The notes under the pieces were generated by a model, which did not search any database, was not told where the DNA came from, and was given only the letters and a program-made list of their open reading frames with translations. Shown here in pieces: positions 19,243 through 28,767 of a stretch of 64,000 bases of DNA. This DNA comes from Myxococcota bacterium. GTDB lineage: Bacteria; Myxococcota_A; Polyangia; Nannocystales; Nannocystaceae. The DNA is taken from positions 192,001 to 256,000 of the forward strand of contig JBCCHT010000004.1 of NCBI GenBank assembly GCA_039028615.1. The letters are read 5' to 3'. The position numbers and the translations under genes were made by a program. The first letter of the stretch is position 1; every line of letters begins with the position of its first letter.

Positions 19243-21987
19243 ATGCTCAGCTTCGTGCGTGCGACAGCGATGGGGCTCGTCATCGGGTCCTTTTTGGGCG
19301 TGGGCTTGGCCGGCCCACGACCCGCTGCGGCCGAGCCGTCGACGGAGCAGGCCCCGCCCGAGATCGAGCCGCCGCAGCTCCGCGAAGGGGTGAGCATCGA
19401 CTATCCGGCCGAGGCGGCGCAGCTCGATCCACGCCCGGCGGGGCGAGTGACCGTGGAGGTGACGATCGGCGTCGACGGTATTCCGCGTGAACCCGTGGTC
19501 GTGACCGGAGTGCATCCGCTGCTCGACGAGGCGGCGGTCGAAGCGGTCGTGCAGCTGCGTTACGACCCCGCGCGGTGGCAAGGACGCGAGGTCGAGGTGG
19601 TGGTGCCGATCCCCATCGATTTCGAGCCGCCGCCCCTTCCCGCCCCGACACCCGAGCCCGCCGAGGCAGGGCCCGAGCCCGCTGAGGCCGAGCCCGAGCC
19701 CGCGGAGGCCGAATCGACGACCGACGACGAAGACCAACCGATAGGCCCTCTGCGGCTTTCGGGGCAACTGCTCGAGGCCGGGCAACGCACGCCGCTGCCC
19801 GATGCCCGCATCATCGTGATCCCGGCCGACGCGGACGCGAAGCTCGGACCCGTCCGCCGCCAAGACTATCGGCCCGCGCCGCCGCCCGAGTGGCAAGAGC
19901 GCGCGACCACGGACGAGCAAGGCCGCTTCACCTTCCACGGCGTGCCCGACGGCAAGGTACGAGTCATCGTGCTGCTCGAGGGTTTCGAACGCCTCGAGGT
20001 CGTCGAAGAGCTCGCCCCGCGCCAGGCGCTGAGCGTCCGCTACTACGCGCGTCGTCTCGAAGACAATCCCTACCGCACCGTCGTCGAGGGCGATCGCATC
20101 GAACGCGAAGAGGTCACGCGACGAACGATCACCACCGAGGAGATCCGCAACCTCCCCGGCACCCAAGGCGACGCCCTCAAGGCGATTCAGAACTTCCCCG
20201 GCATCGCCCGCGCGCCCGTCGGCATCGGCCTGCTCGTCATCCGCGGCTCGGACCCCACCGACTCGGCCGTGTTCCTGGCCGAGCACGAGATTCCCCAGCT
20301 GTTCCACTTCGGCGGGATCACCAGCGTCTTCAACTCCGACGTCCTGGACAAGATCGACTTCATCCCCGGCAACTTCGACGCCCGCTACGGCGACGCGATC
20401 GGCGGGGTCGTGGACGTCACGCCCCGCAAGGGCCGACGCGACGGCTACCACGGCTATATCGACAGCGATCTGTTCGACACCGGGGTGCTCGCCGAGGGGC
20501 CCGTGGGCAAGGGCTCGTTCGTCCTCAGCGGGCGCCGCAGCTACATCGACCTGCTGCTGCCCGCCGTCATCCCCGACGACGCCGGGCTCGACGTGGCGGT
20601 GGCCCCCCGCTACTACGACTACCAGGCGCTGTTCGACTATCCCGTCTCCGAGGGCAACCTCTCCGCCAAGGTCTTCGGGTCCAACGATCAAACCCGGCTC
20701 ATCGCCGCGAGCCCCAACGACATCGAGCCCAGCGACCGCGACCAGTTCGAGACCTCGCTGGTCTTCCACCGCGCCGACCTGGCCTATACCCGCCGCGAGG
20801 GGCCCTGGGAGTTCCTCGTCACTCCGTCGTATCGCTACGACGACATCGGCGCGGCAGCGGGCGGGCTGTTCCGGTTTCGACTGATCTCCCACAGCCTCTC
20901 CGGCCGCGCCGAGATCGGCTACCGCCCGAGCCCGAAGTTCTACTGGGGCGTGGGGGCGCAGGCCTTCGGCGGGCGGCTCGAGATCGACGCCGAGTCGGTC
21001 CCCGTGCCGACCCCGGGCGCAGGCGGCAACGGGACCAGCCTCGTCCTGACCTCGCGCGAGCGCTTCTTCTCACCGTCGCTTTACACCACCTTCGTGATGC
21101 ACGTGGGGCCGCGGCTGGTGCTCTATCCCAGCGTTCGGCTCACGCAGTACTCGCTGCTGTTTCGGCAGATGACCACCGACCCGCGCTTTCGCTTCGCGTG
21201 GCAGCTGGGCGACCGCACCAGCCTCAAGGGCGGCGTGGGCCTGTATTCGCAGATCCCCGACTTCCCCGAGTGGAACCCCCGCTTCGGCAACCCGCGGGTC
21301 CTGCCCGAGCGAGCCTTCCACGCCAGCGCCTCGCTCGGCCGCGACTTCGTGCACGACATCCGCGTGGAGGTGACCGGCTTTTACAAGTACCTGTGGGACA
21401 TCGCCGCGCCCTCGACCAACCTGGTCATCCGCGACAACGGCCAGGTCGGCCTGGAGAACTTCGACAGCACGGGCCTCGGTCGGATCTACGGTGGTGAGTT
21501 CTTCGTGCGCAAAGCCCTGACCCGCAACGTGTTCGGCTGGCTGTCGTATACGCTGTCCCGCTCCGATCGCCGCCCCAACCCCTCGGAGGAGTTCCGCGTC
21601 TTCGACCTCGACCAGACCCACATCCTGACCTTGATCGGCGTGTACCGCTTGCCCAAGGGCTGGCAGGTCGGCGCTCGCTTTCGAGTCGTCTCGGGCAACC
21701 CGTTCACCCCGGCCGTGGGCGGCACCTTCGATGCGAGCAGCGGCGGCTACATCCCAATCTCGGGCGCCCCCAACTCCGAGCGCATGCCCATGTTCCACCA
21801 GCTCGATCTACGCGTCGACAAGCGCTTCGTGTGGAAGCGCGTCAGCCTGACCACCTACCTCGACGTGCAGAACGTCTACAACCGCCAAAATGCCGAGTTC
21901 GTGAACTATGCCTACGACTTCTCGGCCTTCAGCATCATCCCCTCGCTGCCCATCATCCCCTCGGTGGGGGTGAAGCTCGAGTTCTGA
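19243..21987 (+). CDS. TonB-dependent receptor with N-terminal TonB-C domain
   Basis: 'YP..A...GRVTVEVTIG.DG...LDEAA' (TonB C-domain), a carboxypeptidase-regulatory-like domain, plug 'LPGTQGD...IRGS', barrel 'QLDLRVDK', terminal Phe. Confidence 0.88.
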   Translation: MLSFVRATAMGLVIGSFLGVGLAGPRPAAAEPSTEQAPPEIEPPQLREGVSIDYPAEAAQLDPRPAGRVTVEVTIGVDGIPREPVVVTGVHPLLDEAAVEAVVQLRYDPARWQGREVEVVVPIPIDFEPPPLPAPTPEPAEAGPEPAEAEPEPAEAESTTDDEDQPIGPLRLSGQLLEAGQRTPLPDARIIVIPADADAKLGPVRRQDYRPAPPPEWQERATTDEQGRFTFHGVPDGKVRVIVLLEGFERLEVVEELAPRQALSVRYYARRLEDNPYRTVVEGDRIEREEVTRRTITTEEIRNLPGTQGDALKAIQNFPGIARAPVGIGLLVIRGSDPTDSAVFLAEHEIPQLFHFGGITSVFNSDVLDKIDFIPGNFDARYGDAIGGVVDVTPRKGRRDGYHGYIDSDLFDTGVLAEGPVGKGSFVLSGRRSYIDLLLPAVIPDDAGLDVAVAPRYYDYQALFDYPVSEGNLSAKVFGSNDQTRLIAASPNDIEPSDRDQFETSLVFHRADLAYTRREGPWEFLVTPSYRYDDIGAAAGGLFRFRLISHSLSGRAEIGYRPSPKFYWGVGAQAFGGRLEIDAESVPVPTPGAGGNGTSLVLTSRERFFSPSLYTTFVMHVGPRLVLYPSVRLTQYSLLFRQMTTDPRFRFAWQLGDRTSLKGGVGLYSQIPDFPEWNPRFGNPRVLPERAFHASASLGRDFVHDIRVEVTGFYKYLWDIAAPSTNLVIRDNGQVGLENFDSTGLGRIYGGEFFVRKALTRNVFGWLSYTLSRSDRRPNPSEEFRVFDLDQTHILTLIGVYRLPKGWQVGARFRVVSGNPFTPAVGGTFDASSGGYIPISGAPNSERMPMFHQLDLRVDKRFVWKRVSLTTYLDVQNVYNRQNAEFVNYAYDFSAFSIIPSLPIIPSVGVKLEF

Positions 21988-21996
21988 GCGGGGCGT

Positions 21997-23355
21997 TCAC
22001 GGGGCGGCTTCGGCCAGCAGCTGCTCCATCAATGCTTCGTGGTCGCGTTTGAGTTCGTCGTAGGCCGCGCCCGTGGCTGGCCCGGAGAAGCCGCTGTAGA
22101 TCTTGCGCACCGTGCCGTCGCGGCCGATGAACAGCGTCGTCGGGTACGCCGCGACCTTCGACAGATCGGGCAGCGACTCGCTCGCGCCCTTCTTGCCGCT
22201 CGTGCCCCCCAGCACCAGCGGATACTTCACGTCGTAGCGCTTCGCGTAGCGCCGCAGCATCTCCATGTCGTCGGCTTCGTCGCCCGTGAACTCGTAGGCG
22301 ATGCCCACCATCTCGAGCCCTTGCTCGCGGTACTTGGCGTACCACTGGCTCATCAGCGGCGCCTGGTCGTTGCAGTTGGGGCACCAGGTCCCGAAGATCT
22401 CGGCCACCACCACCTTGCCCGCGAACCGGTCGTCGTCGTTGTTCAGCCGACCGCCGCCGAGCATGGGGAAGTCGAAGCGAAAGCGCCGATCGTCCGCGGT
22501 CATGCTGACGATCTCGTAGGGGTCGGCCAGGCCCGCGGCGCCCTCGCCCTCCACCGGGTCCCCAAGGAAGGTCGCGTGATAGGTGTCGCGCGACCAAAAG
22601 TGCCCGTCGCGAAGCGCCCCGTCTTCGACCGTGGCCCGAAACAGAAACGCGTGGGCGCCATCGAAGACCGAGAGCATGAGCTGGTCCCCCGCGACCACGC
22701 CTTCGAGGAACCGATAGTCCCCCGTGTCGGTGGTGATCGTCCCCTCGATGGTGGACTGGCTCAGGGTCTTCACCGTGCGCAGCGTGGCCACGCCCGTGTA
22801 GTTCGACCCGTCACTCTCCGCGAAGGTCAACCGCCAGCGCCCGTCGAGCGGCTGCAGCGGGGCCTCGGTGTCCGAGAAGCGCAGGCCCTCGGCCGACTTC
22901 ACCGCGGACATGCTCATCTCGGTGTACGAGTCCTTGCCGGGCGAACGCCGCCGCCACGTCCCGGACAGCGCCCCCGGTCGCGCCTCGTCGGGCCGCAGCT
23001 CCAGCGTGGAGTCGTAGTTGTCGATCTCGAGCCGCAGCGACTGCGCCCACGCGGTCACCGACGAAAAGGGCAGGCGCTCGTGCGCATCGACCAGCGCCCC
23101 ACGCTTCGCCTCGAGCTCCACAAAAAACGGCAGTTTTCCGCCCGGGGAGTCCAGCTCGAAGCGCCAGCGCCCCTGCCAGGCCCGCGGCACTGAGTGCTCG
23201 GCGACCACCTCCGGGGGCTTGATGACCGGCTTGGGCGCGACATCCGGCGGCGTCGCCTCCGTCTTCGTCTTCGGCGTCGACTCGCCCGAGCTGCTCTGCC
23301 CGGTACACCCGGCAGCGAGGAACAGAGCGAGGATTCGCGGGGCCCAGACCTTCAT
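21997..23355 (-). CDS. TlpA/thioredoxin-like disulfide oxidoreductase lipoprotein
   Basis: Lipobox AAGC, 'TGDYRFLEG', 'GKVVV...GTWCPNC', 'AYPTTLFIGRDG'. Confidence 0.85.
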   Translation of the reverse strand: MKVWAPRILALFLAAGCTGQSSSGESTPKTKTEATPPDVAPKPVIKPPEVVAEHSVPRAWQGRWRFELDSPGGKLPFFVELEAKRGALVDAHERLPFSSVTAWAQSLRLEIDNYDSTLELRPDEARPGALSGTWRRRSPGKDSYTEMSMSAVKSAEGLRFSDTEAPLQPLDGRWRLTFAESDGSNYTGVATLRTVKTLSQSTIEGTITTDTGDYRFLEGVVAGDQLMLSVFDGAHAFLFRATVEDGALRDGHFWSRDTYHATFLGDPVEGEGAAGLADPYEIVSMTADDRRFRFDFPMLGGGRLNNDDDRFAGKVVVAEIFGTWCPNCNDQAPLMSQWYAKYREQGLEMVGIAYEFTGDEADDMEMLRRYAKRYDVKYPLVLGGTSGKKGASESLPDLSKVAAYPTTLFIGRDGTVRKIYSGFSGPATGAAYDELKRDHEALMEQLLAEAAP

Positions 23356-23378
23356 CGCGGGCATCGTACTGCACCCCG

Positions 23379-24341
23379 TCAGTCGTCGAGCAGCTGCAGC
23401 ATCGCGCGGTTGAACAGCTCGGGGTACTCGAGGTTCGGCGCGTGTCGAGCCTTGGGCAGCACGTGCAGCGGCGCGTCGTACATCCCCGAGATCCGCTGAG
23501 CGATGGACAAGGGAAACACGGGGTCGTCCTCGCCCCAGATGAGCCCGAGCGAGACCGACAGCTCGTGCGACCCGGTGTAGTGCTCGCGCTGGCGGACCAC
23601 GGCCTCGAGCAACGCCGTCTGCGGCTCGCGATACGGCTCGTACATCTGAGCCATGACCTGTCGCAGCACGAAGTCGGGCGCGTAGGGCGGGTCGCCGTAG
23701 GCCAGCTCCAGCAGGCGCTGCACCCCCGCCTCGTCCTGCGGGATGATGATCTCGGCCGCGCTGCCGACCTGGAATCGCTGCAGCAGGCTCTCGAGGTCCT
23801 CGGCCCCATAGATGCCGCCCGGGCTGTCCACGAGCACGAGCCGTCGCACCCGATCCCCGTGCTGCCGCGCGAGCAGGTAGCCCACCATGCCCCCGTAGGA
23901 GATTCCCACCACGTCGACCTGCGACAGCCCCTCGTGGTCGAGCACGCCGACCATCGCCTCGACCTGGTGCTCGAGCGAGGGGTCGTCGCGAGTGGAGCTC
24001 GAGTCCCCAAACCACAGCAAGTCGGGCACAACGACCCAGCGATCGGCGCTCAGCGGCGGCAGCTGCTCGCCCCACTGCCACACCGCCCCGCCGCCGAACC
24101 CGTGCAGCAGCAGCACGGGCGTCTTGGCGGTTTCACGGACGCCCCCGTGCCACAGGTGCACGCGGTCCTCGCCCTGGGTCAGGACCTGCCGCTGCAGCCC
24201 CGCCCGCTCGAAACCTCGCTCCAGGCGATGCCGCTGCAGCCGAACGACATTGCAGGCCAGCGCCACCGCGGTGAGCACCAAGAGCAAGGCCACCGACGCG
24301 AGCGCCCACCTGGAGCGAAGGACACGGGTTCGGTGCGCCAT
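23379..24341 (-). CDS. Alpha/beta fold hydrolase, probably a lipoprotein
   Basis: 'LLLHGFGG', 'PDLLWFG.S', nucleophile 'GISYGG', 'WGEDD', 'HAPNLE'. Confidence 0.88.
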   Translation of the reverse strand: MAHRTRVLRSRWALASVALLLVLTAVALACNVVRLQRHRLERGFERAGLQRQVLTQGEDRVHLWHGGVRETAKTPVLLLHGFGGGAVWQWGEQLPPLSADRWVVVPDLLWFGDSSSTRDDPSLEHQVEAMVGVLDHEGLSQVDVVGISYGGMVGYLLARQHGDRVRRLVLVDSPGGIYGAEDLESLLQRFQVGSAAEIIIPQDEAGVQRLLELAYGDPPYAPDFVLRQVMAQMYEPYREPQTALLEAVVRQREHYTGSHELSVSLGLIWGEDDPVFPLSIAQRISGMYDAPLHVLPKARHAPNLEYPELFNRAMLQLLDD

Positions 24342-24428
24342 GCCCTTCACCATAGCTCGGTCCCGCTCATTGCTCGCCCCCACCGCGGCAGACGTGCTAT
24401 CGGTGAAAAAGTGATCGACTCCCCCGGC

Positions 24429-25010
24429 ATGCTGCTCAAGCGCGCGTTCGACCACGCGGCCTTGTGGCACGCGCAGCAGGTCCGCAAGTACCCCGAAGCG
24501 AAGGTCCCCTACCTCAGTCACCCCGCCGGGGTGGTGGCCATATTGGCGCGGTACGGCTTCGACGAGACGGTGCAGGCCGCGGGCGCGCTCCACGACGTGG
24601 TCGAGGACACCGAGGCCACCTTCGACGATCTCGACCGGCTCTTCGGCGACGAGGTCAGCACGCTGGTGCGGCACGTCACCGAGGAAGACAAGAGCCTCCC
24701 CTGGGAGCAGCGCAAGCAGCAGAGCCTCGATCGCTTCCCCAGCAAGCCCTGGCCGGCCCAGGCCCTGAAGCTGGCCGACAAGATCGACAACCTCCGATCG
24801 ATCGTGGCGTGCGCCGCCGAGTTCGGGAATCCCTGGTCCGGGCTCAAGCGGGGCCGCGACGCGCAGCTCGAGCGCTTCGACGCCCTGCTCGAGGCGGCCC
24901 AGGCCCTGCCCGCCCATCCCCTGGTCGAGGAGTTCGCCGAAACCGTCGCCGCCGTGCACCGAATCGGCGAAGACGGCCAGGTCCTCGATCCGCCCGACGC
25001 GGCCCAGTGA
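24429..25010 (+). CDS. HD-domain small alarmone hydrolase (SAH/Mesh1-like)
   Basis: 'H..Q.RK...PYLSHP', 'ALHDVVEDT', 'KLADKIDN'; no synthetase domain. Confidence 0.8.
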   Translation: MLLKRAFDHAALWHAQQVRKYPEAKVPYLSHPAGVVAILARYGFDETVQAAGALHDVVEDTEATFDDLDRLFGDEVSTLVRHVTEEDKSLPWEQRKQQSLDRFPSKPWPAQALKLADKIDNLRSIVACAAEFGNPWSGLKRGRDAQLERFDALLEAAQALPAHPLVEEFAETVAAVHRIGEDGQVLDPPDAAQ

Positions 25011-25089
25011 GCCCGGCTGGCCCGCCCCCGGCCGCTTTGACGGCCCGCACTGGACGCACCTTTCGACCGGGGCTATCGTCTCGCGCGCC

Positions 25090-25788
25090 ATGATCCGCGT
25101 CCGCGGTATGCAAAAGAGCTACCGCACCGGGAAGCTCGTCACCCCGGTCCTGCACGGGGTGGACCTCGACATCGAGGACGGCGAGATGGTCTCCATCATC
25201 GGCCCCTCCGGCTCGGGCAAGAGCACGCTGCTGCACGCGATCGGCGGCCTCGACCGCGACTACGAAGGCACCATCGAGGTGGGCGAGCGCGACCTGCATC
25301 GCATGTCCGATCGCGAGCTCAGCGAGTATCGCAACCTGCACGTGGGCTTCGTGTTCCAGGCCTTCAACCTGCTTCCGCACCAGACCTGCGCCGAGAACGT
25401 AGCCCTGCCCGCGCTGTTCGCCCGCGGCGACCGGGCGCTGGCTCCGGCCGATGCGCTGGCCCAGGCTCGCAAGGCGCTCGAGCGCGTCGACCTGGGCGAC
25501 AAGGTCGAGGCACCGCCCACCACGCTGTCCGGCGGCCAGAAGCAGCGCGTCGCCATCGCGCGGGCCCTGTTCAACAAGCCGCGCCTGATGCTGTGCGACG
25601 AGCCCACCGGGAACCTCGACTCCGTCATGGGCGACGCGATCATCGAGCTGTTCAGCCAGCTCAACCGCGACGACGGCATCACCGTGGTGCTGGTAACCCA
25701 CGATCCCAAGATCGCGGCCTCGACCTCCCGCACGGTGAAGGTCAAGGACGGCAAGGTCCTCGAGGAGACGAAGGAGGCGGAGGCATGA
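25090..25788 (+). CDS. ABC transporter ATP-binding protein (LolD/MacB family)
   Basis: Walker A 'GPSGSGKST', 'GFVFQAFNL', 'LSGGQKQRVAIARAL', 'DEPTGNLD', 'VTHD'. Confidence 0.95.
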   Translation: MIRVRGMQKSYRTGKLVTPVLHGVDLDIEDGEMVSIIGPSGSGKSTLLHAIGGLDRDYEGTIEVGERDLHRMSDRELSEYRNLHVGFVFQAFNLLPHQTCAENVALPALFARGDRALAPADALAQARKALERVDLGDKVEAPPTTLSGGQKQRVAIARALFNKPRLMLCDEPTGNLDSVMGDAIIELFSQLNRDDGITVVLVTHDPKIAASTSRTVKVKDGKVLEETKEAEA

Positions 25789-27536
25789 GAGGCGCGCGAC
25801 TGTTCACGGTCGTGCTCGGGAACCTCCGACGCAGCCGCAACCACTTCCTGCTCGCCTCCATCGGCATCGTGGTCGGCATCGCGACCTTCGCGTTCTTCCT
25901 GTCGCTGGGCCTGGGGGTCCGCCAGGTCGTGCTCGGCAAGATCTTCCCCCTCGACAAGCTCGAGGTGGTGCCCAAGAGCCTCGAGCTCAACATCAGCGTG
26001 CTGCGCATGGGCATGGGCCAGGACTCTCTCGACGACGAGATGGTCCAAAAGCTCGCCGAGATCCCAGCCGTCGAGGCCGTCTACCCCAAGATGAAGCTCA
26101 CCGTGGGCTCCATCGCCTACGGCGGCGAGGCGCTGTTCGGCAGCGACCTGCGCTCCGAGGTGGTCGCCGACGGCATCGACCCCAAGCTCGTGGCCGACGA
26201 GGTCAACGAGGATGGCTTCGAGTTCATCGACTTCGACGCACCCGAGCGCCTGGCGGCGGAAGAGGTGGTCGAGTGCACCGAGGACTCGCAGTGCGGCGAA
26301 AAGATGTACTGCGGGCGGCCGGCGGGCACCACCACGGAGCCCCAGAGCCGGCGGCGGAAGGCCAAGCGCAAGCCGAAGCCGAAACCCAAGCCGAAGCCCA
26401 AGCCCAGACCCAAGCTGAAGACGGACCCGAGGACCCCGGCGAGCACTCGCTTGCCCACGCAGTGGCAGCAGCCCAGCGTCCCCTCGACCCCGAGCAAGCC
26501 GGCGCCCAAGACCGACGCCAAGGCGCCCGCCCCCGGCAAGGCCGACGCCGACAAACCGACCGCGCCCCCCACCGACGACGAGGTCGCCAAGGCCAAGGCC
26601 GCGGCGATCAAGGCTGCCGCCGACAAGGCCGCGGCAGAGAAGAAAGCCGCCGACAAGGCCGCCGCCGAGGCGGAAGCGGCCAAGGCCGAGGTCAAGGTCT
26701 GCCGCCACTACGTGCCCGTCGTCGTCTCCGACCACATCGTCGAGCTGTATAACGGCACGCTACGCCGCGCCCACGGGTTCCCCCAGCTCAACCCCGATGC
26801 GGTCCGCGGCTTCAAGTTCGACCTCATCATCGGCCAGTCGATGGTGGCCTCGTCCAACAAGGATCGGGTCATCCACGACCGCGGCATGTTCGTGGGCTCC
26901 ACCGACAAGGCCATCCCGCTGGGCCTCACGCTGCCGCTGGGCTACGTCCAGCGCTACAACGTCGAGTTCGGCAACGAGAGCGACGCCGAGAGCTACCACT
27001 CGGTGATCGTGCAGGTCCGCAACAAGGACGACGTCGCTGCGGTCGCCAAGGCAGTCGCCGACCTCGACCTCGAGGTCAAAGACACCAACGCCGAGGAAGC
27101 CGCCATGCTCATCGCGGTGTTCATGATGGTCTTCGGCCTCGTCAGCGCCGTCATCGTCGGCATCGCGGCGGTGAACATCATGCACGTGTTCTTCATGCTG
27201 GTGTACGAGCGCCAGCGGGAGATCGGCATCATGCGGGCGGTGGGTGCCTCGCAGGGCGACATCGGTCGCATCATCCTGGGCGAGGCGGCGTCGCTGGGCA
27301 CCATGGCCGGCACCGCGGGCATCCTGCTCGCGTGGGGTGCCGCCGAGCTGTTCGACTACGTGTCGGCGCAGTACGTGCCCGACTTCCCGTACAAGCCGAC
27401 CACGTACTTCGAGTTCCCCTGGTGGCTCGTCGCGGCTGCCCTCGCGTTCTCGATCAGCTTCTGCGTTCTCGGAGCGCTGCTGCCCGCTCGCCGAGCCGCT
27501 CGCATGGAGCCCGCCCGCGTGCTGTCGGGCAACTGA
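25785..27536 (+). CDS. FtsX/MacB-like ABC permease with a low-complexity periplasmic insertion
   Basis: ATGA overlap with the ATPase gene. 'ER.REIGIMRAVGA', 'LPARRAARMEP'. K/P/A-rich insert. Confidence 0.88.
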   Translation: MRGARLFTVVLGNLRRSRNHFLLASIGIVVGIATFAFFLSLGLGVRQVVLGKIFPLDKLEVVPKSLELNISVLRMGMGQDSLDDEMVQKLAEIPAVEAVYPKMKLTVGSIAYGGEALFGSDLRSEVVADGIDPKLVADEVNEDGFEFIDFDAPERLAAEEVVECTEDSQCGEKMYCGRPAGTTTEPQSRRRKAKRKPKPKPKPKPKPRPKLKTDPRTPASTRLPTQWQQPSVPSTPSKPAPKTDAKAPAPGKADADKPTAPPTDDEVAKAKAAAIKAAADKAAAEKKAADKAAAEAEAAKAEVKVCRHYVPVVVSDHIVELYNGTLRRAHGFPQLNPDAVRGFKFDLIIGQSMVASSNKDRVIHDRGMFVGSTDKAIPLGLTLPLGYVQRYNVEFGNESDAESYHSVIVQVRNKDDVAAVAKAVADLDLEVKDTNAEEAAMLIAVFMMVFGLVSAVIVGIAAVNIMHVFFMLVYERQREIGIMRAVGASQGDIGRIILGEAASLGTMAGTAGILLAWGAAELFDYVSAQYVPDFPYKPTTYFEFPWWLVAAALAFSISFCVLGALLPARRAARMEPARVLSGN

Positions 27537-27895
27537 GATCCGGCGACTCGAACCCTCGCGAGTCGTTGAAAAAGACGGCACACGAGTTCAATAGCGGCCG
27601 GCCGTCCGAACGATCTCGTTCGCGCGTTTCATCACCGCATGCGAACACGCCCAACAAGGCCTGATCGTTTCGGCAGATGTTTCGATGCGGTCGAAATCTG
27701 GCCGCTCGATCAGCGACCACGACGGTCGGAAGATGCCGCGTTCTGCGGACTCGCGACTCGGTGACCGCATCTGATCATTCGAATGAAACGATACGAGGGC
27801 CACACAGGAGAGCACAGGGGATCCCTGACAAAGTGTACGAAACCCGTGGACAATCCCGACATGTAGGCTTATCCCCGAAATGGGGGTTGGGGGAC

Positions 27896-28621
27896 GTGCG
27901 AGCAGGGTTTCGCCGGCAATTGGGATTCGGGGCGATGGCGTTCGTCCTCGGGGCGTGTGCAGCCGATCAGAGCCGTCCCGCCGCCGCAGAAGCCACGCCG
28001 AGCGCCGTGCCGTCGGGAACGGATGCAGTCGTTCCGGCGAGCCCCAGCGAACCCGGAGCCGTCCTCGGCGACTTCCAGTGGACGTACTACTGGGTCGCGG
28101 AAGAGTCCTCCTACGACGGCCCTGCCACGACCTCCCTGTACGCCACGGAAGGCTGCCGACCGCTGGCCAAGGTCTCCGCCGACTTTGCTCGCGCCATCAC
28201 CCTCGAGGGCACTGGTCGCCTCACCGAGGGTCAGTTGCTCAACGTGTCCGGGCGGTGCTCCTGCCCCCGGTCTCCGTGCTTCCTGGTGGCCGACGAGCAG
28301 CACCCGTGGGGCTATGGCGTCCGTGGCCGGGCTCTGCGCCCTTTTCGGTCGGTCGCCGTCGACCGCAACGTCATCGAGTACGGCACCCGCCTGTACATCG
28401 AGGCCCTCGACGGGGTCCGTGTCCCGGCCATGCCAACAAGTCCCGAATTCGTCCACGACGGCTGCGTCACGGCCGAGGACACGGGTAACGCAATCAACGG
28501 CCAGCACCTGGATTTCTTCGCGGCCACCAAGGCCAGCTACCGCGCCCTCGATGCCTCCCTCGGCCTGACTCAGGTCACGGTGAGAGAGGGTGGCACACAA
28601 TGCGATGTTGCCTCACCATGA
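27896..28621 (+). CDS. 3D-domain (MltA-like) cell-wall lipoprotein
   Basis: Lipobox LGAC, 'SVAVDRNVIEYGTRLYI', 'AEDTGNAINGQHLDFF'. Start is uncertain (27896 or 27935). Confidence 0.8.
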   Translation: MRAGFRRQLGFGAMAFVLGACAADQSRPAAAEATPSAVPSGTDAVVPASPSEPGAVLGDFQWTYYWVAEESSYDGPATTSLYATEGCRPLAKVSADFARAITLEGTGRLTEGQLLNVSGRCSCPRSPCFLVADEQHPWGYGVRGRALRPFRSVAVDRNVIEYGTRLYIEALDGVRVPAMPTSPEFVHDGCVTAEDTGNAINGQHLDFFAATKASYRALDASLGLTQVTVREGGTQCDVASP

Positions 28622-28674
28622 GGTTCCCTCGCACGGAGCGGCTCGCCCCCCGAGTCGCTTCGTGCACCCCGACC

Positions 28675-28719
28675 GCCCCGCCGTGGAGCTCCCCCTCCAC
28701 GGCGGGGCACTTTAGTTTT
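28675..28719 (+). terminator. Intrinsic terminator after the 3D-domain gene
   Basis: 14-bp perfect stem GCCCCGCCGTGGAG/CTCCACGGCGGGGC followed by ACTTTAGTTTT. Confidence 0.7.
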
Positions 28720-28767
28720 GACAGCTAACCGATGTAATCGCGGCGGAGCCCCGGCGTTGGCTTCGCA

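Noticed and set aside
28718..28745. TTGACA as a sigma70 -35 box or synthetic promoter
   Set aside because: No -10 box at 16-18 bp, and the similarity to synthetic promoters is only about 10 bp.
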